Origin: an uncultured Planctomycetota bacterium
Lineage (GTDB): Bacteria > Planctomycetota > PLA2 > JAEUHO01
Length of the DNA stretch: 64,000 nt
Direction: 5' to 3'
Assembly: GCA_963752285.1 (NCBI GenBank)
Contig: CAVVXN010000003.1
Span: forward strand, 288,001 to 352,000
The translations under genes were made by a program, and so were the position numbers. Shown here piece by piece: positions 20,134-30,435 of this stretch. The notes beneath the pieces were generated by a model that saw only the letters and a program-made list of their open reading frames with translations, was not told the origin of the DNA and did no database searches. Position 1 is the first letter of the stretch. Every line of letters begins with the position of its first letter.

Positions 20134-21654
20134 TCAGCGCACGACCTCCACGTCCCCGCCGTTCTCGCGCGCGAGCCGGGTCATGAACTCGATCGCCCTC
20201 TTCTCGTCTTCCGTGCCGGCGTACGCGGTGGGCGGATCGCCGATCACGAGGGCGACGGAGAGGATTCGGACGCGCCGGTAGCGGTTGTCCGCGCGGATCG
20301 TGGCGAGGATCCGGTAGGGGTCCACGATCGGGCCCGTGCTCGGCGTGCCGTCCGAGAGGAAGTAGACCGTGTCCGCGTCCGGATCGGCGAGCGCGAGGCG
20401 CAAGGCGTCGTACACGTCCGTGCCGGCCTGCGGGCGGAGTCGCTCCACGAAGGTCTTCGCGCGTGCGATCGTCCCCTTCGTGGCGGGCGTGATCTTCTTC
20501 TGCCACGCGGAGACGCCGTCGCTGTACACGACCACGTTGAACGACGTGGTCTCGGGCAGGCTCCCGATCACCTTGATCAGCTCCGCCTTGGCGCGGTCGA
20601 GCCTCCCGTTCCAGCCCATGCTCCGGCTCGTGTCGATCACGAACACGACGCGGCTCGAGTGGATGCGGAACCCGTAGTACGGGATGCCGGGGACCGTCCG
20701 CTCGCCGGGCGGCATCTCTCGCCGGTGGAACGGCGAGAGCTTGACCGTGCTCCACCAGTCGGCCCACGCCGCGGCGTCGTAGCCGAACCGCTCGCCGGTG
20801 ATCTTCTCGATCGCCGCCTCGATCGCGTCGGCCGTGCGGAGGTCCGAAGGGTACGTCGTACGGAGCCGTGCGATCAGCGCCTCGATGCAGCCGGGGTCGT
20901 CGATGGCCGCGAGCGCGTTCGCCGCCGACTCCACCACGCGCGGCGCCTCGTCGTCGAGCGCGTGGCAGAGGAACGGGACGGCGGCGGGGTCCTTCAGCAG
21001 ACCGAGCGTCTCCGCCGCGACCAGGCGCACGCGCGCGTCGCCGTCCTTCAGGAACACGGCCACGGGCAAGACGGCCCTCGCGTCGTGGAGCCGCCCGACG
21101 GCGTGGAGCGCCTCCGTGCGGATCTCCGGGTCGCCCTCGGCGGCGAGCCGGAGCAGCACGGGCAGCGCCGGCGCGTCGGCGAGGAGCCCGAGCGCGCGGA
21201 CGATCTGGGCGCGCACCGGCGGGGTCGAGCGGGCGAGGGCGTCGCCCCGGAGGTACGTCCGCGCCGTGGGGCTCTCCGTGGCCCCGAGCGCGTCCCCGAG
21301 CTGCTGCATCACGAGCGGGTCGCGCTGCTTCTCGACCCAGCGGATCGCGTCGTCCACGTCCTTCGGGCCCGCGTGGCGGAGCAGCGCGGAGAGGATCATC
21401 CCCGCCCGCCGCCAGTCGTCCGCCGCCCACCGGTCGCGGAGTCGCTCGAGCGTCTTCCGGGCCTGGGGTGTCGAGACGTCCGCGATCTGCCGGAGGAGCT
21501 CGGCCTGTCGGGCGACCCCGCGCTCGTCCGAACGCTTGGCCACGACCCCGAACTCCTGCTCGAGCAGGTCGAGGTCCTCGGCCGCCCGCGCGCCCCCGGC
21601 GAGCGCGAGCGCGACCGCCAGGCCGACGATCCCGAACCGGTGGCGTGTCGTCAT
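20134..21654 (-). CDS. Secreted HEAT-repeat + vWA domain protein
   Basis: Signal peptide, PBS-lyase-type HEAT repeats, and MIDAS residues VIDTSRS, GTDVYDAL and FLSDG. ATGA overlap with the upstream gene. Confidence 0.88.
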   Translation of the reverse strand: MTTRHRFGIVGLAVALALAGGARAAEDLDLLEQEFGVVAKRSDERGVARQAELLRQIADVSTPQARKTLERLRDRWAADDWRRAGMILSALLRHAGPKDVDDAIRWVEKQRDPLVMQQLGDALGATESPTARTYLRGDALARSTPPVRAQIVRALGLLADAPALPVLLRLAAEGDPEIRTEALHAVGRLHDARAVLPVAVFLKDGDARVRLVAAETLGLLKDPAAVPFLCHALDDEAPRVVESAANALAAIDDPGCIEALIARLRTTYPSDLRTADAIEAAIEKITGERFGYDAAAWADWWSTVKLSPFHRREMPPGERTVPGIPYYGFRIHSSRVVFVIDTSRSMGWNGRLDRAKAELIKVIGSLPETTSFNVVVYSDGVSAWQKKITPATKGTIARAKTFVERLRPQAGTDVYDALRLALADPDADTVYFLSDGTPSTGPIVDPYRILATIRADNRYRRVRILSVALVIGDPPTAYAGTEDEKRAIEFMTRLARENGGDVEVVR

Positions 21655-23414
21655 CGACCGCCTCCGCCGGTCGTGGCGTGCCACGCCTCGGGCGCGAGCA
21701 CGGTCGCCTCGATCAGCTCGTCGCACACCTCGAGGCGGTCGATCACGTCGAGGCCGGAGAGCACCTGACCGAAGCACGTGAAGTCCTGGTCGTCGAGCTC
21801 CGGGCGCGCGCCCACGAGGACGAAGAACTGGCAGCCGTTCACGAGCGCCGCCTGGCGCGCGAAGCCGAGCGCGCCCCGCCAGAACCCGTGGCGCTCGTTC
21901 CGCTCGACCGGGGCCGTCAGGGGGCCGGCGCTCCGGCCTGCCGCGCTGCAGTCCTCGCGGCTCACGGGATCGCCTCCCTGCACGAGGTACTCGCTCTCCA
22001 CCCGGTGGAACCGGGTCCCGTCGTAGAAGCCGCGGTCGCCCTCCCGTTGGCGGACCAGGTCCAAGAAGAGTCCGGCTCCTTTCGGAACGTCGTCCGTGAA
22101 GACCTGCACGAGGACGTCGCCGCGCGTCGTGCGGAGCCGGACGACGGGGAGGTCCGCGCGCCGCGCGTCCTCGGCGCGCCGGGCCGCCTCCACCGCCCAG
22201 GCCTTCGCACGTTCCTCGGCGCGCGTCGCCATGGTCGCGTACTGGGGCCCGAGGTCGCCCGGCGCGAGCGCCGCCAGCCGCGACCACGCGTGGGCGGCCT
22301 CCTCGAAGCGTCCGTCCATGTCGAGCGTCCGGGCCCGCTCGTAGACGAGACGGAACGACCCGTTCCACGCGGGGTCCACGGAGAGGGCATCGAGCTCGGC
22401 GAGGGCGGCGGCGCGCCGGTTGAGGAAGCGGTCGGCCTCTGCGAGGGCGAGGACGTCGGTCGGCGTGAGCGGCTCCCGCTCCGCGATCCAGCGGAAGTTC
22501 TCCGCGACCGCCGCGTCCACCTCCTCGTCCTTCTTCTCGACCCGCCCCGACTCCGTGATCGCCATCGCCTCGGCGTGCGCGGCCGAGCCGCGGCGGGCGA
22601 TCTCCGCGTCCTCGTTCGCCAGCGCCTCCCAGGTGGGCGTGGCGAGGCCCTCGGGCCCGCCGGCTTCCTCCCCGCGGGCGTCCTTCCAGCCCGAGAGGCG
22701 GGCCCAGGCCCCGTCCCCCGCGAGGCCCGGCGGCGGGCGGCCCGCGGGACCGGAGAGGTCGAGTCCCTCGGGCCACGTCGCGCGGCCGCGCTCCCGCCCC
22801 TGCATCCAGACCAACGCGAAGCGCAGGTCGGGCTTCCGCTCGGCGTCCACGCCGAGGGCCGCGAGCCGGACCGCGACCTCGACGCCGCTCGCGACCGCGT
22901 CGGGCGTGGACCGCGCGACCGCGACGCCCGAGAGGGCGCGTTCGCCGCCGGACTCGGTCGCGAGCGCCAGGAGGTGCGGGCGGTTGTGCTCCCGGGGCTC
23001 GTAGTCGAGCCGGAGCGCGCCGTCCTCGTAGAGCCCGTGCCCGGCCGACCCATCGCTTCGGAACACGAGCCAGAGGCTCGCGCCGCGAGCCCAGGGGCCG
23101 GGCCCCGTCACGCCGAGGAACAGCGTCCCCTCTTCCTCGGCCAGCCGGAGGGTGGCCCGGCCGCCGTCGAAGGTCCGGACCGCCGCCCCGGACCACTCCG
23201 CGGGGGCGAGCTTCCCGTCCACCCGGATCGGGCCGCCGGTGACGACGGGCACCGCGACGTCGCGGGCCTCGTCCGCGGCGGCCGCGTCCGCCCCTCGCTC
23301 CGTTCCGCGCGGTCCCGGGCCGAGGACCACGAAGGCGAGCACCACCAGCCCGAGGGTTCGGACCGCGCGGCGTCGCCGCGGCCGGCGGACGAGGGGAGGC
23401 GCCATGCCGGCCAT
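21651..23414 (-). CDS. Secreted multidomain cyclophilin-type peptidylprolyl isomerase
   Basis: C-terminal FYDGTRFHRV...VQGGDP, QFFV and FGQV.SGLDV motifs. N-terminal I.VDGKL..EW (CBM9/DOMON-like) pattern and TPR-like helices. Confidence 0.85.
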   Translation of the reverse strand: MAGMAPPLVRRPRRRRAVRTLGLVVLAFVVLGPGPRGTERGADAAAADEARDVAVPVVTGGPIRVDGKLAPAEWSGAAVRTFDGGRATLRLAEEEGTLFLGVTGPGPWARGASLWLVFRSDGSAGHGLYEDGALRLDYEPREHNRPHLLALATESGGERALSGVAVARSTPDAVASGVEVAVRLAALGVDAERKPDLRFALVWMQGRERGRATWPEGLDLSGPAGRPPPGLAGDGAWARLSGWKDARGEEAGGPEGLATPTWEALANEDAEIARRGSAAHAEAMAITESGRVEKKDEEVDAAVAENFRWIAEREPLTPTDVLALAEADRFLNRRAAALAELDALSVDPAWNGSFRLVYERARTLDMDGRFEEAAHAWSRLAALAPGDLGPQYATMATRAEERAKAWAVEAARRAEDARRADLPVVRLRTTRGDVLVQVFTDDVPKGAGLFLDLVRQREGDRGFYDGTRFHRVESEYLVQGGDPVSREDCSAAGRSAGPLTAPVERNERHGFWRGALGFARQAALVNGCQFFVLVGARPELDDQDFTCFGQVLSGLDVIDRLEVCDELIEATVLAPEAWHATTGGGGR

Positions 23415-23501
23415 CCTACGCCCGCCGATCGCTCGCCCGCCCGGCCGGCACCCGGGCCGGGGGTGGGGCGGACGCCCGGACCGTCCCTATGCTGGCGCCC
23501 G

Positions 23502-24830
23502 ATGCCGACGACGACCCACGACCTGTCCGTCCTCCGCGCCGACTTCCCCGCCCTCGCGCGGCGACGGAACGGGATGCCGCCGATCTACCTGAACAACGCG
23601 TGCTCGACGCTCAGGCCGCGCCCGGTCATCGACGCGATCGTCAGGTCGTACGAGCTCTTCCCGACGTGCGGCGGCGGGCGCGCGATCCCCGGCACCAAGC
23701 TCCACAACTGGTTCCAGGAGGAGCTCGGCGAGGAGGAGGCGGGCGCCCGCGAGGCGGTGGCGAAGCTCGTCGGGGCCTCGTGTCCCGAGGAGATCGTGTG
23801 GACGCGCAACACGACCGAGGCGATCAACCTCGTGGCCCGGTCGTTCCCGTTCGCGCCCGGGGACGAGGTCCTCGGCGGCGAGAACGAGCACAACTCGAAC
23901 CTCGTGCCGTGGCTCGAGCTCGAGCGCCGGCTCCGCGCGGGGAGCGGGCGCCCCGACCTCGTCGTGCGTCGCTGGTTCCCCTACGACGAGGACGGCGTGT
24001 TCGACGTCGGCCGCGCCCTCGCCGCCGTCACGCCGCGGACCCGGATCGTCTCGATCGCGCACACGAGCAACCTCGACGGCGCGGCGGTCCCCGACGCCGA
24101 CGTGCGCGCGCTCGCCGACCGCGTACACGCGGTGGGCGGGGTCCTCCTCCTCGACGCGGCGCAGAGCGTCCCGCACCGCCCGATCGACGTGAAGGCGCTC
24201 GGCGCGGACTTCCTCGCGTTCTCGTTCCACAAGATGTGCGGTCCCACGGGCATCGGCGTGCTATGGGGTCGGCGCGAGCGCCTCGCGGCCCTGGAGCCCT
24301 TCCTCGTCGGCGGCGACACGGTCGAGGACACGTGGCTCGACCGCGCGGAGCTGAAGCCCCCGCCCGAACGCTACGAGGCGGGCGTCCAGCACTACGCCGG
24401 GATGATCGGCGCCGCCGCCGCGGTCCGCTACGTGACCGAGACGGCCGGCCTCCTCGCGATCGAGGAGCACGAGCGCGCGCTCGCGGAGCGCACCCGGGCG
24501 CGGCTCGCCCCGCTCGAGAACGACCACTTCTGGCTTCGCGGGCCCAAGGACGCCTCCCGCCGGACCGGCGTCGTGACCATGGCCTCGAGCGTGGGGGCGA
24601 TCGTGAACGCGATCGAGCGCCTCGCGGACGAGGAGTCGAACGTGATGCTCCGCAAGGGCATGTTCTGCACGAACGCCTTCCTGCACCACCGATACGACCG
24701 CGCCGCCAACGCGAAGAACAACCTCCGGGCGTCCTTCTACCTCTACAACACCGAGGCCGAGTGCGACGTGCTCTGCGACGTGGTGGAGCGCGTCGTGAGA
24801 GATCCCCTCGCCTTCCTCGACGACGAGTGA
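23502..24830 (+). CDS. Class V PLP aminotransferase / SufS-like cysteine desulfurase
   Basis: LRADFP.L, NTTEAINLVA, EHNSN.VPW, DAAQSVPH, SFHKMCGPTGIG (PLP Lys), RKGMFC and RASFYLYNT motifs. Confidence 0.88.
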   Translation: MPTTTHDLSVLRADFPALARRRNGMPPIYLNNACSTLRPRPVIDAIVRSYELFPTCGGGRAIPGTKLHNWFQEELGEEEAGAREAVAKLVGASCPEEIVWTRNTTEAINLVARSFPFAPGDEVLGGENEHNSNLVPWLELERRLRAGSGRPDLVVRRWFPYDEDGVFDVGRALAAVTPRTRIVSIAHTSNLDGAAVPDADVRALADRVHAVGGVLLLDAAQSVPHRPIDVKALGADFLAFSFHKMCGPTGIGVLWGRRERLAALEPFLVGGDTVEDTWLDRAELKPPPERYEAGVQHYAGMIGAAAAVRYVTETAGLLAIEEHERALAERTRARLAPLENDHFWLRGPKDASRRTGVVTMASSVGAIVNAIERLADEESNVMLRKGMFCTNAFLHHRYDRAANAKNNLRASFYLYNTEAECDVLCDVVERVVRDPLAFLDDE

Positions 24831-24841
24831 GAGGAGGCACC

Positions 24842-25315
24842 GTGGCCGTCTCCCCCGCGGTACGCCGGTACTACGCCGAACGGATCTTCGCGAAGAGCAC
24901 TCGGGACCGCGCGCCCGAGAGCTTCACCCCGCTCGACACCGCGCCGACGGGCGTCGCGACCGTGGAAGGGTGCCGGGGCGGCGGAAAGAACGTCCTCGAG
25001 GTGTTCCTCGTGGGACACGACGGTCGGATCGAAGACGTGCGTGCGTCGTGCGGCCTCTGCAACCCCGCGATGTACGTCGCGGCCGACCTCGTCGTGCACT
25101 GGGCGCGCGGGCGCGCGTTCGACGAGGTCCTCGCGCTCGACCCGTTCCGACCCGGCGCGCTCGATCCGTTCTTCGAGCGCCTCGGCGACACGGACCGCCC
25201 GGAGGACGCCCGGGAGAAGCTCCAGTACGCCCTGCTCGCGCTGCACCGCGCGGTCCACGCGCACCAGGGGACCGAGGCGCCCGACTTCCCTCCGGTCCCG
25301 CCCCCGGCCGACTGA
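24842..25315 (+). CDS. Divergent IscU/SufU (NifU-N)-like protein
   Basis: EGCRGG..VLEVFL...GRIEDVRASCGLC.PAMYVAADL...ARGR.FDEVL layout, directly after the desulfurase with GAGG RBS. Confidence 0.6.
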   Translation: MAVSPAVRRYYAERIFAKSTRDRAPESFTPLDTAPTGVATVEGCRGGGKNVLEVFLVGHDGRIEDVRASCGLCNPAMYVAADLVVHWARGRAFDEVLALDPFRPGALDPFFERLGDTDRPEDAREKLQYALLALHRAVHAHQGTEAPDFPPVPPPAD

Positions 25316-25352
25316 CGCGCGGCGTCGCCTTGCGGATACGATCGCCCTTCCC

Positions 25353-26792
25353 ATGCCGCTTCGCGTCTACAACAGCCTCTCCCGCCGCGTGGAGGACTTC
25401 GAGCCGCGCGACCGCGCCCGCACGACCGTCTACGGCTGCGGTCCGACGGTCTACAACCACGTCCACATCGGGAACTGGTCCACGTTCCTGTTCTACGACG
25501 TGTTCGTGCGCTGGCTGCGGGCGTCGGGCTACGGGGTCCGCTACGTCGTGAACGTCACCGACGTCGAGGACAAGATCATCCGGGACAGCCGGGCCGCGGG
25601 CGAGGACCGCGCGTCGTTCGCCGCGCGGTGGACGCAGGTCTTCTTCGACGACCTCGATCGTCTCGGCTGCGTGCGCGCCGACGCGTATCCCCGTGCGACC
25701 GATTACGTGCCCGAGATGGCGGCGATGGTCCAGACCCTCCTCGACGGGGGACACGCGTACCTCTCGCGAGACGAGGACGGCACGGAGTCGGTCTACTTCC
25801 GCATCCGTTCGTTCGAGACGTACGGCGAGCTCGCGAACCTCTCCCGGGCCCAGGTGATGGCGGGGGCGTCCGGTCGCGTGAAGGCCGACGAGTACGAGAA
25901 GGAGGAGGTCGGCGACTTCGCCCTCTGGAAGGGGTGGTCCCCCTCCGACGGCGACACCTTCTGGGAGCCGGAGCTCGTGGTGGACGGCACGCGCCGCGTC
26001 CTGAAGGGCCGCCCGGGCTGGCACATCGAGTGCTCCGTGATGTCGTCGGCCCTCCTGGGCCCGCAGATCGACGCGCACCTGGGGGGCGAGGACCTCCGGT
26101 TCCCGCACCACCAGAACGAGATCGCGCAGTCCGAGGCCGCGACGGGGAAGCGTCCCTTCGTCCGGTACTGGATGCACCGGCGCCATCTCACGGTCGAGGG
26201 GCGCAAGATGTCGAAGAGCGCGGGCAGCTTCTACACGCTCCGCGACCTCGAGGAGCGTGCCGGCCCCTTCTCCGCCCGCGCGTTCCGCTACCTCGTCGCG
26301 TCGAGCCACTACCGCACGCCGATCTCGTTCTCGTGGGAGGGCCTCGACGCCGCGGGCCGCACGCTCTTGAACCTCGACGACGCCTGGCGCCGCCTCGCGC
26401 GGCACGCGGGCGACGCGGTCCCGTCCGACTTCGCGGCCGGGGCCGACGCGGCCTTCCGGCGCGCGATGGACGACGACCTCGAGACGAGCGCCGCCACCGC
26501 GGCGGTCCACTCCCTCGTGGGCGAGGCGAACCGCCGTATCGAGGCCGGCTCGCTCGCGCCGGGCGACGCGGCCTCCGCCCTCGCGCTGCTGCGCCTCGCC
26601 GACGACGTCCTGGGCCTCGGCCTCGCGCGGAACCAGGCGCTCAGCGCCGAGCAGCAGACGCTCCTCGGCCGGCGCGAGACCGCCCGCGCCCGGCGCGACT
26701 GGGCGGGGGCCGACCGTCTGCGCGCCGAGCTCCGGGCGCTCGGCGTGATCGTGAAGGACACGAAGGAGGGCCAGGAGGTCACGCTCCTCTGA
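25353..26792 (+). CDS. cysS: Cysteine--tRNA ligase
   Basis: CGPTVY..VHIGN, DFALWK, GRPGWHIECS, FPHHQNEIAQ and KMSKS motifs. Confidence 0.96.
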   Translation: MPLRVYNSLSRRVEDFEPRDRARTTVYGCGPTVYNHVHIGNWSTFLFYDVFVRWLRASGYGVRYVVNVTDVEDKIIRDSRAAGEDRASFAARWTQVFFDDLDRLGCVRADAYPRATDYVPEMAAMVQTLLDGGHAYLSRDEDGTESVYFRIRSFETYGELANLSRAQVMAGASGRVKADEYEKEEVGDFALWKGWSPSDGDTFWEPELVVDGTRRVLKGRPGWHIECSVMSSALLGPQIDAHLGGEDLRFPHHQNEIAQSEAATGKRPFVRYWMHRRHLTVEGRKMSKSAGSFYTLRDLEERAGPFSARAFRYLVASSHYRTPISFSWEGLDAAGRTLLNLDDAWRRLARHAGDAVPSDFAAGADAAFRRAMDDDLETSAATAAVHSLVGEANRRIEAGSLAPGDAASALALLRLADDVLGLGLARNQALSAEQQTLLGRRETARARRDWAGADRLRAELRALGVIVKDTKEGQEVTLL

Positions 26793-26839
26793 CCCCGGGC
26801 CCCGTCGTGCGAGGCGGCATCCGCCGCCGGGAGGCTTCG

Positions 26840-28450
26840 ATGCGTGGTGCGCTGCTCTCGCTCCTGGTCCTCGCGCTCCTCACCCTCCCCGCCGTCGGCG
26901 GGGAGGAGCCGCCGGACCTCCAGTCCCGCGTCCGGGCGTGCGTGCAGGCGGAGAACGGCGCCGATCGGCTCGCGCTGGCGCTCGCGCTGGCGGACGACGC
27001 CGACCCCGAGGCGGTGCTCGACGCGCTTCGCGGGGCGTGGTCGTGGCCGGCGGATGCGCCGAAGGGCGAGGTCACGACCTGGACGCGCCGGACCCCCGAC
27101 GGCACGACCCACACGATCCTCGCGTACGCCCCGTCCACGTACGCACCCGACCACGCGTGGCCCGCGCTCGTCTGGCTCCACGGCGCCGTCGCGCGCGACG
27201 AGGACGGCGGCGGCGGAATCGGCATCGAGATGTTCCGGGACGAGGCCGAGAAGAAGGGGTTCGTGCTGATCGCGCCGTCCACGCAGAACGGCGCGCACTG
27301 GTGGTCCCCCTCCGGCGCGGCGCTGATCCGCGGCGCGCTGCTCGACGCGAAGCGCCGGTGGCGCATCGACGCCGACCGCGTCGCGCTCGCGGGCTTCTCG
27401 GACGGCGGGAGCGGCGCGTACCATCTCCTCGCGCACGACCCGACGCCGTACGCGTGCTTCCTGCCGATGATGGGGAACCCCCTCGTCTCCCGGATCCTCG
27501 GCGGTCCCGTCTGCGGGCCCAACCTCGCCTCGCGTCCCGTCTGGGCCGTGAACGGCGGCCAGGACCCCCTCTACCCGTCCGAGAAGATGAAGCCGGTCGT
27601 CGACGCGATGCGCGAGGCGGGCGCGGACATCCACTGGATCGACGAGCCCGAGTCGAGCCACGAGCCGTCGTTCCTCGAGCGCCGGTGGGAGGAGGCGTGG
27701 CAGTTCGTCACGGAGCACCCGCGGGTCGCCCTGCCGAAGGACGTCCGCTGGGCGTCGGCCGCGCCGGACGTGGACGGCCGCTTCTCGTGGGTCGAGATCG
27801 TCGCCCTGGACCCGCACGCGCCGGCCGACCCGGCGCTCGAGCCGGCGGCCGTGCTGCCGGTCCCGGACCTCACCCCGTCGCCGCGGCTCGGGATCGTGCT
27901 CGACCCGCGCTTCGACGGCGACGGCATCCGCGTCGGCGAGGTGCAGGACGGGACGCCGGCCGCGGAGGCCGGTTTCCAGGCCGGCGACGTCATCGTGAAG
28001 GTGGGCGACTCGAAGCTCGAGGGCGACGAGCGGTTGGGCGTGCTCCGGACGTACCTGAACGTCCTCTCGGGAGGGACCACCGACGGCACCTTCGTCGTGC
28101 GGCGCGGCGACGAGGAGGTCGAGGTCCACGCCCGCCCCCGCGTCCTCGACATGGACCGCGCGCCCCAGCCGGCCGAGCTCGGGTACGGCGTCGAGCCGGG
28201 GATCGTCCACGCGAAGCTCGCGGGCCCCGGCACGATCGAGGTCGGTACGCGCGGCGTCTCGCGCCTCCGGCTCCACCTCGCGCCGGAGCTCGTGGACCTC
28301 TCGAAGGAGCTCGTCGTCACCGTGAACGGGGCCGAGCGCTACCGGGGCGTCCCCGTGCTCGACGTGGCGACCCTCCTCGGCGAGGCGTGCGAGAGGGGTC
28401 CCGGCGCGCCGCGGTACGCCGCGGTCCTCGATTTCGCGGTGAAGCCCTGA
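26840..28450 (+). CDS. Secreted alpha/beta-hydrolase (esterase-like) with PDZ insertion
   Basis: Signal peptide, WLHG, GFSDGG nucleophile elbow, NGGQDPLYP, and a PDZ segment (LGI..VQDGTPAAEAGFQAGDVIVKVG). Confidence 0.82.
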   Translation: MRGALLSLLVLALLTLPAVGGEEPPDLQSRVRACVQAENGADRLALALALADDADPEAVLDALRGAWSWPADAPKGEVTTWTRRTPDGTTHTILAYAPSTYAPDHAWPALVWLHGAVARDEDGGGGIGIEMFRDEAEKKGFVLIAPSTQNGAHWWSPSGAALIRGALLDAKRRWRIDADRVALAGFSDGGSGAYHLLAHDPTPYACFLPMMGNPLVSRILGGPVCGPNLASRPVWAVNGGQDPLYPSEKMKPVVDAMREAGADIHWIDEPESSHEPSFLERRWEEAWQFVTEHPRVALPKDVRWASAAPDVDGRFSWVEIVALDPHAPADPALEPAAVLPVPDLTPSPRLGIVLDPRFDGDGIRVGEVQDGTPAAEAGFQAGDVIVKVGDSKLEGDERLGVLRTYLNVLSGGTTDGTFVVRRGDEEVEVHARPRVLDMDRAPQPAELGYGVEPGIVHAKLAGPGTIEVGTRGVSRLRLHLAPELVDLSKELVVTVNGAERYRGVPVLDVATLLGEACERGPGAPRYAAVLDFAVKP

Positions 28451-28604
28451 GACCCCGGCGGTCACGGGCCTCGGCGCCCCGGGGAGCGCGTGACGAGACC
28501 GGCGGTAGATGGGACGGGAGCGCGCGCCGAGGCCGCCGGCCGATCGACCCGTCCCCGGGCCGGGATCCATACGCGGGCCCGGGCCCCGGGCGGGCGGCGC
28601 GGGG

Positions 28605-29834
28605 GTGAGCGCCCTTCCCCCCGGGGCCACGGGCGCCACCGACGACGCGCGGGCGGCGGACCGCGGTCGCGGCGCGTCGGGCGCCGAGGGGGGCGCGGGC
28701 GCCCGCGGCGCGCGCGGGCTCGACGTGCTCCACGCGACGACCGCCCGCTCGTGGCGCGGCGGCGAGGCGCAGGTGCTGCTCCTGATGGAGGGCCTTCGCC
28801 GTCGCGGGGTGACGGAGCTCCTCTTGGCCCCACCGGCCTCCCCGCTCGCGGCCCGCGCGCGCGCCGCGGGCCTCCGGGTCGCGCCGTGGCGCGTCCGGAA
28901 CGAGGCCGACCCCTTCGCGCTCGGGCGGCTCCTGGACGTCGCGCGCGCGGTCCGTCCCCGCGTCCTCCACCTCCACACGTCGCAGGCGCACGGACAGGGC
29001 GCGCTCGCCGCGCGTCTCCTCGGACGTCGGCGGCCCGCCGTCGTGGTGACGCGCCGTGTCGAGCACTCGATCTACCGCCATCGCTTCCTCGGCCTCGACC
29101 GATGGAAGATGGACCCCGGCGCCGACGTCGTCTGCTGCGTGAGCGAGCGGACCCGCGCCGTGCTCCTCGAGGACGGCGTCCGCGCCGCGCGGCTCCTCAC
29201 GGTCTCCGACGGCGTGGACGTGGCGCACTTCGCCACGAACGCGGCCGACCGGTCCGCGGCCCGACACGCCCTCGGCCTCCCCGAGGGCCGGCCCGTCGTG
29301 GGGCAGGTGGCGCACGTCGAGCCGGCGAAGGGGCAGGACGTGCTCCTCCTCGCGGCCCGGCGCCTCGCGGACGCGGGACGGGACCTGACGGTGGCCATCG
29401 TGGGCGGCGGCCGGGTGGACGACGTCCGCGCGCGCGCCGCGGACCTCGGGCTCTCGGACCGTGTCCGCGTGACGGGCTTCACCGAGGACGTCCGCCCGTG
29501 GCTTCGCGCGATGGACGTGTTCGCGTTCCCTTCCCGAAGCGAGGGGCTCGGGAGCTCGCTCCTCGAAGCCATGGCCGCGGGCGTCCCCGTCGTGGCGTCC
29601 TCGACCGGCGGGATCCCCGAGGTCGTGGTGCACGAGGCGACCGGCCTCCTCGTGCCGGTGGGCGACGCGGCGGCGCTCGCGGAGGGCGTCCGGCGTCTCC
29701 TCGACGACCGTCCCCTCGCGACCCGTCTCGCCGACGCGGCGCGCGCGCGGGTCGCGGCGCGTCACGCCGCGCGGCGAACCGTGGACGGCACGCTCGAGGC
29801 GTACCGGCGCGCGGCCCGTCAGCGACGCTCGTAG
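28605..29834 (+). CDS. Glycosyltransferase family 4
   Basis: WRGGEAQV, KGQDVLL, DVFAFPSRSEGLGSSLLEAMAAGVPVVAS..GGIPE motifs. Start uncertain (28509 or 28605). Confidence 0.9.
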   Translation: MSALPPGATGATDDARAADRGRGASGAEGGAGARGARGLDVLHATTARSWRGGEAQVLLLMEGLRRRGVTELLLAPPASPLAARARAAGLRVAPWRVRNEADPFALGRLLDVARAVRPRVLHLHTSQAHGQGALAARLLGRRRPAVVVTRRVEHSIYRHRFLGLDRWKMDPGADVVCCVSERTRAVLLEDGVRAARLLTVSDGVDVAHFATNAADRSAARHALGLPEGRPVVGQVAHVEPAKGQDVLLLAARRLADAGRDLTVAIVGGGRVDDVRARAADLGLSDRVRVTGFTEDVRPWLRAMDVFAFPSRSEGLGSSLLEAMAAGVPVVASSTGGIPEVVVHEATGLLVPVGDAAALAEGVRRLLDDRPLATRLADAARARVAARHAARRTVDGTLEAYRRAARQRRS

Positions 29835-30265
29835 GTCCCGACGAGCTGCGCCTCGGCGATCACGTGACCCTCGATGTCCCGGAGGAGCTCCTCCTTCGTG
29901 AGGCCGGCGGGGAGGGCGCCGGTGCGGTCGAGCGCGAAGAGGCGGAAGTGGTAGTGGTGGACGCCGTGTCCCTTCGGAGGCAGGGGACCGCCCCAGCCCA
30001 CGCGACGGAAGTCGTTCGTCCCCTCCCGGCCGCCGCCCTCGTCGCCTTCGTCGAGGGACGTGAGGTCCGCCGGGAGGTCGTAGAGCACCCAGTGGACCCA
30101 CGGCACGTCGCGCGGCGCGTCGGGATCGTCCACGACGAGCGCCAGCTCGGCCGCCTCCGCGGGGACGTCCTCGAAGGCGAGCGGCGGCGACACGTCGACG
30201 CCTTCGCCCGTGTACCGCTTCGGAATGGGGGCTCCGTCGTCGAACGCCGAGCTCGTGATCTTCAT
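29819..30265 (-). CDS. YbhB/YbcL family PEBP (Raf kinase inhibitor-like) protein
   Basis: ITSSAF, DVSPPL, DDPDAP, WVHWVLY and GPLPPKGHGVHHYHF motifs. Confidence 0.93.
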   Translation of the reverse strand: MKITSSAFDDGAPIPKRYTGEGVDVSPPLAFEDVPAEAAELALVVDDPDAPRDVPWVHWVLYDLPADLTSLDEGDEGGGREGTNDFRRVGWGGPLPPKGHGVHHYHFRLFALDRTGALPAGLTKEELLRDIEGHVIAEAQLVGTYERR

Positions 30266-30435
30266 CCAGGCACCTCCGTGCCGTGTACATCTTGGGGCCC
30301 GCGAGGTCCCGTCAAGCCGCGCCTCGGCGGCCCGCGGCGAAGGCCCCGTGACGCGGCTGCGCGGGGGCCCGCCGTCGGGGGTTGATGCGGCGGGGCGTCC
30401 ACGCCGAGAATGCGGACGTCGGCGGGAGGCGTTCG

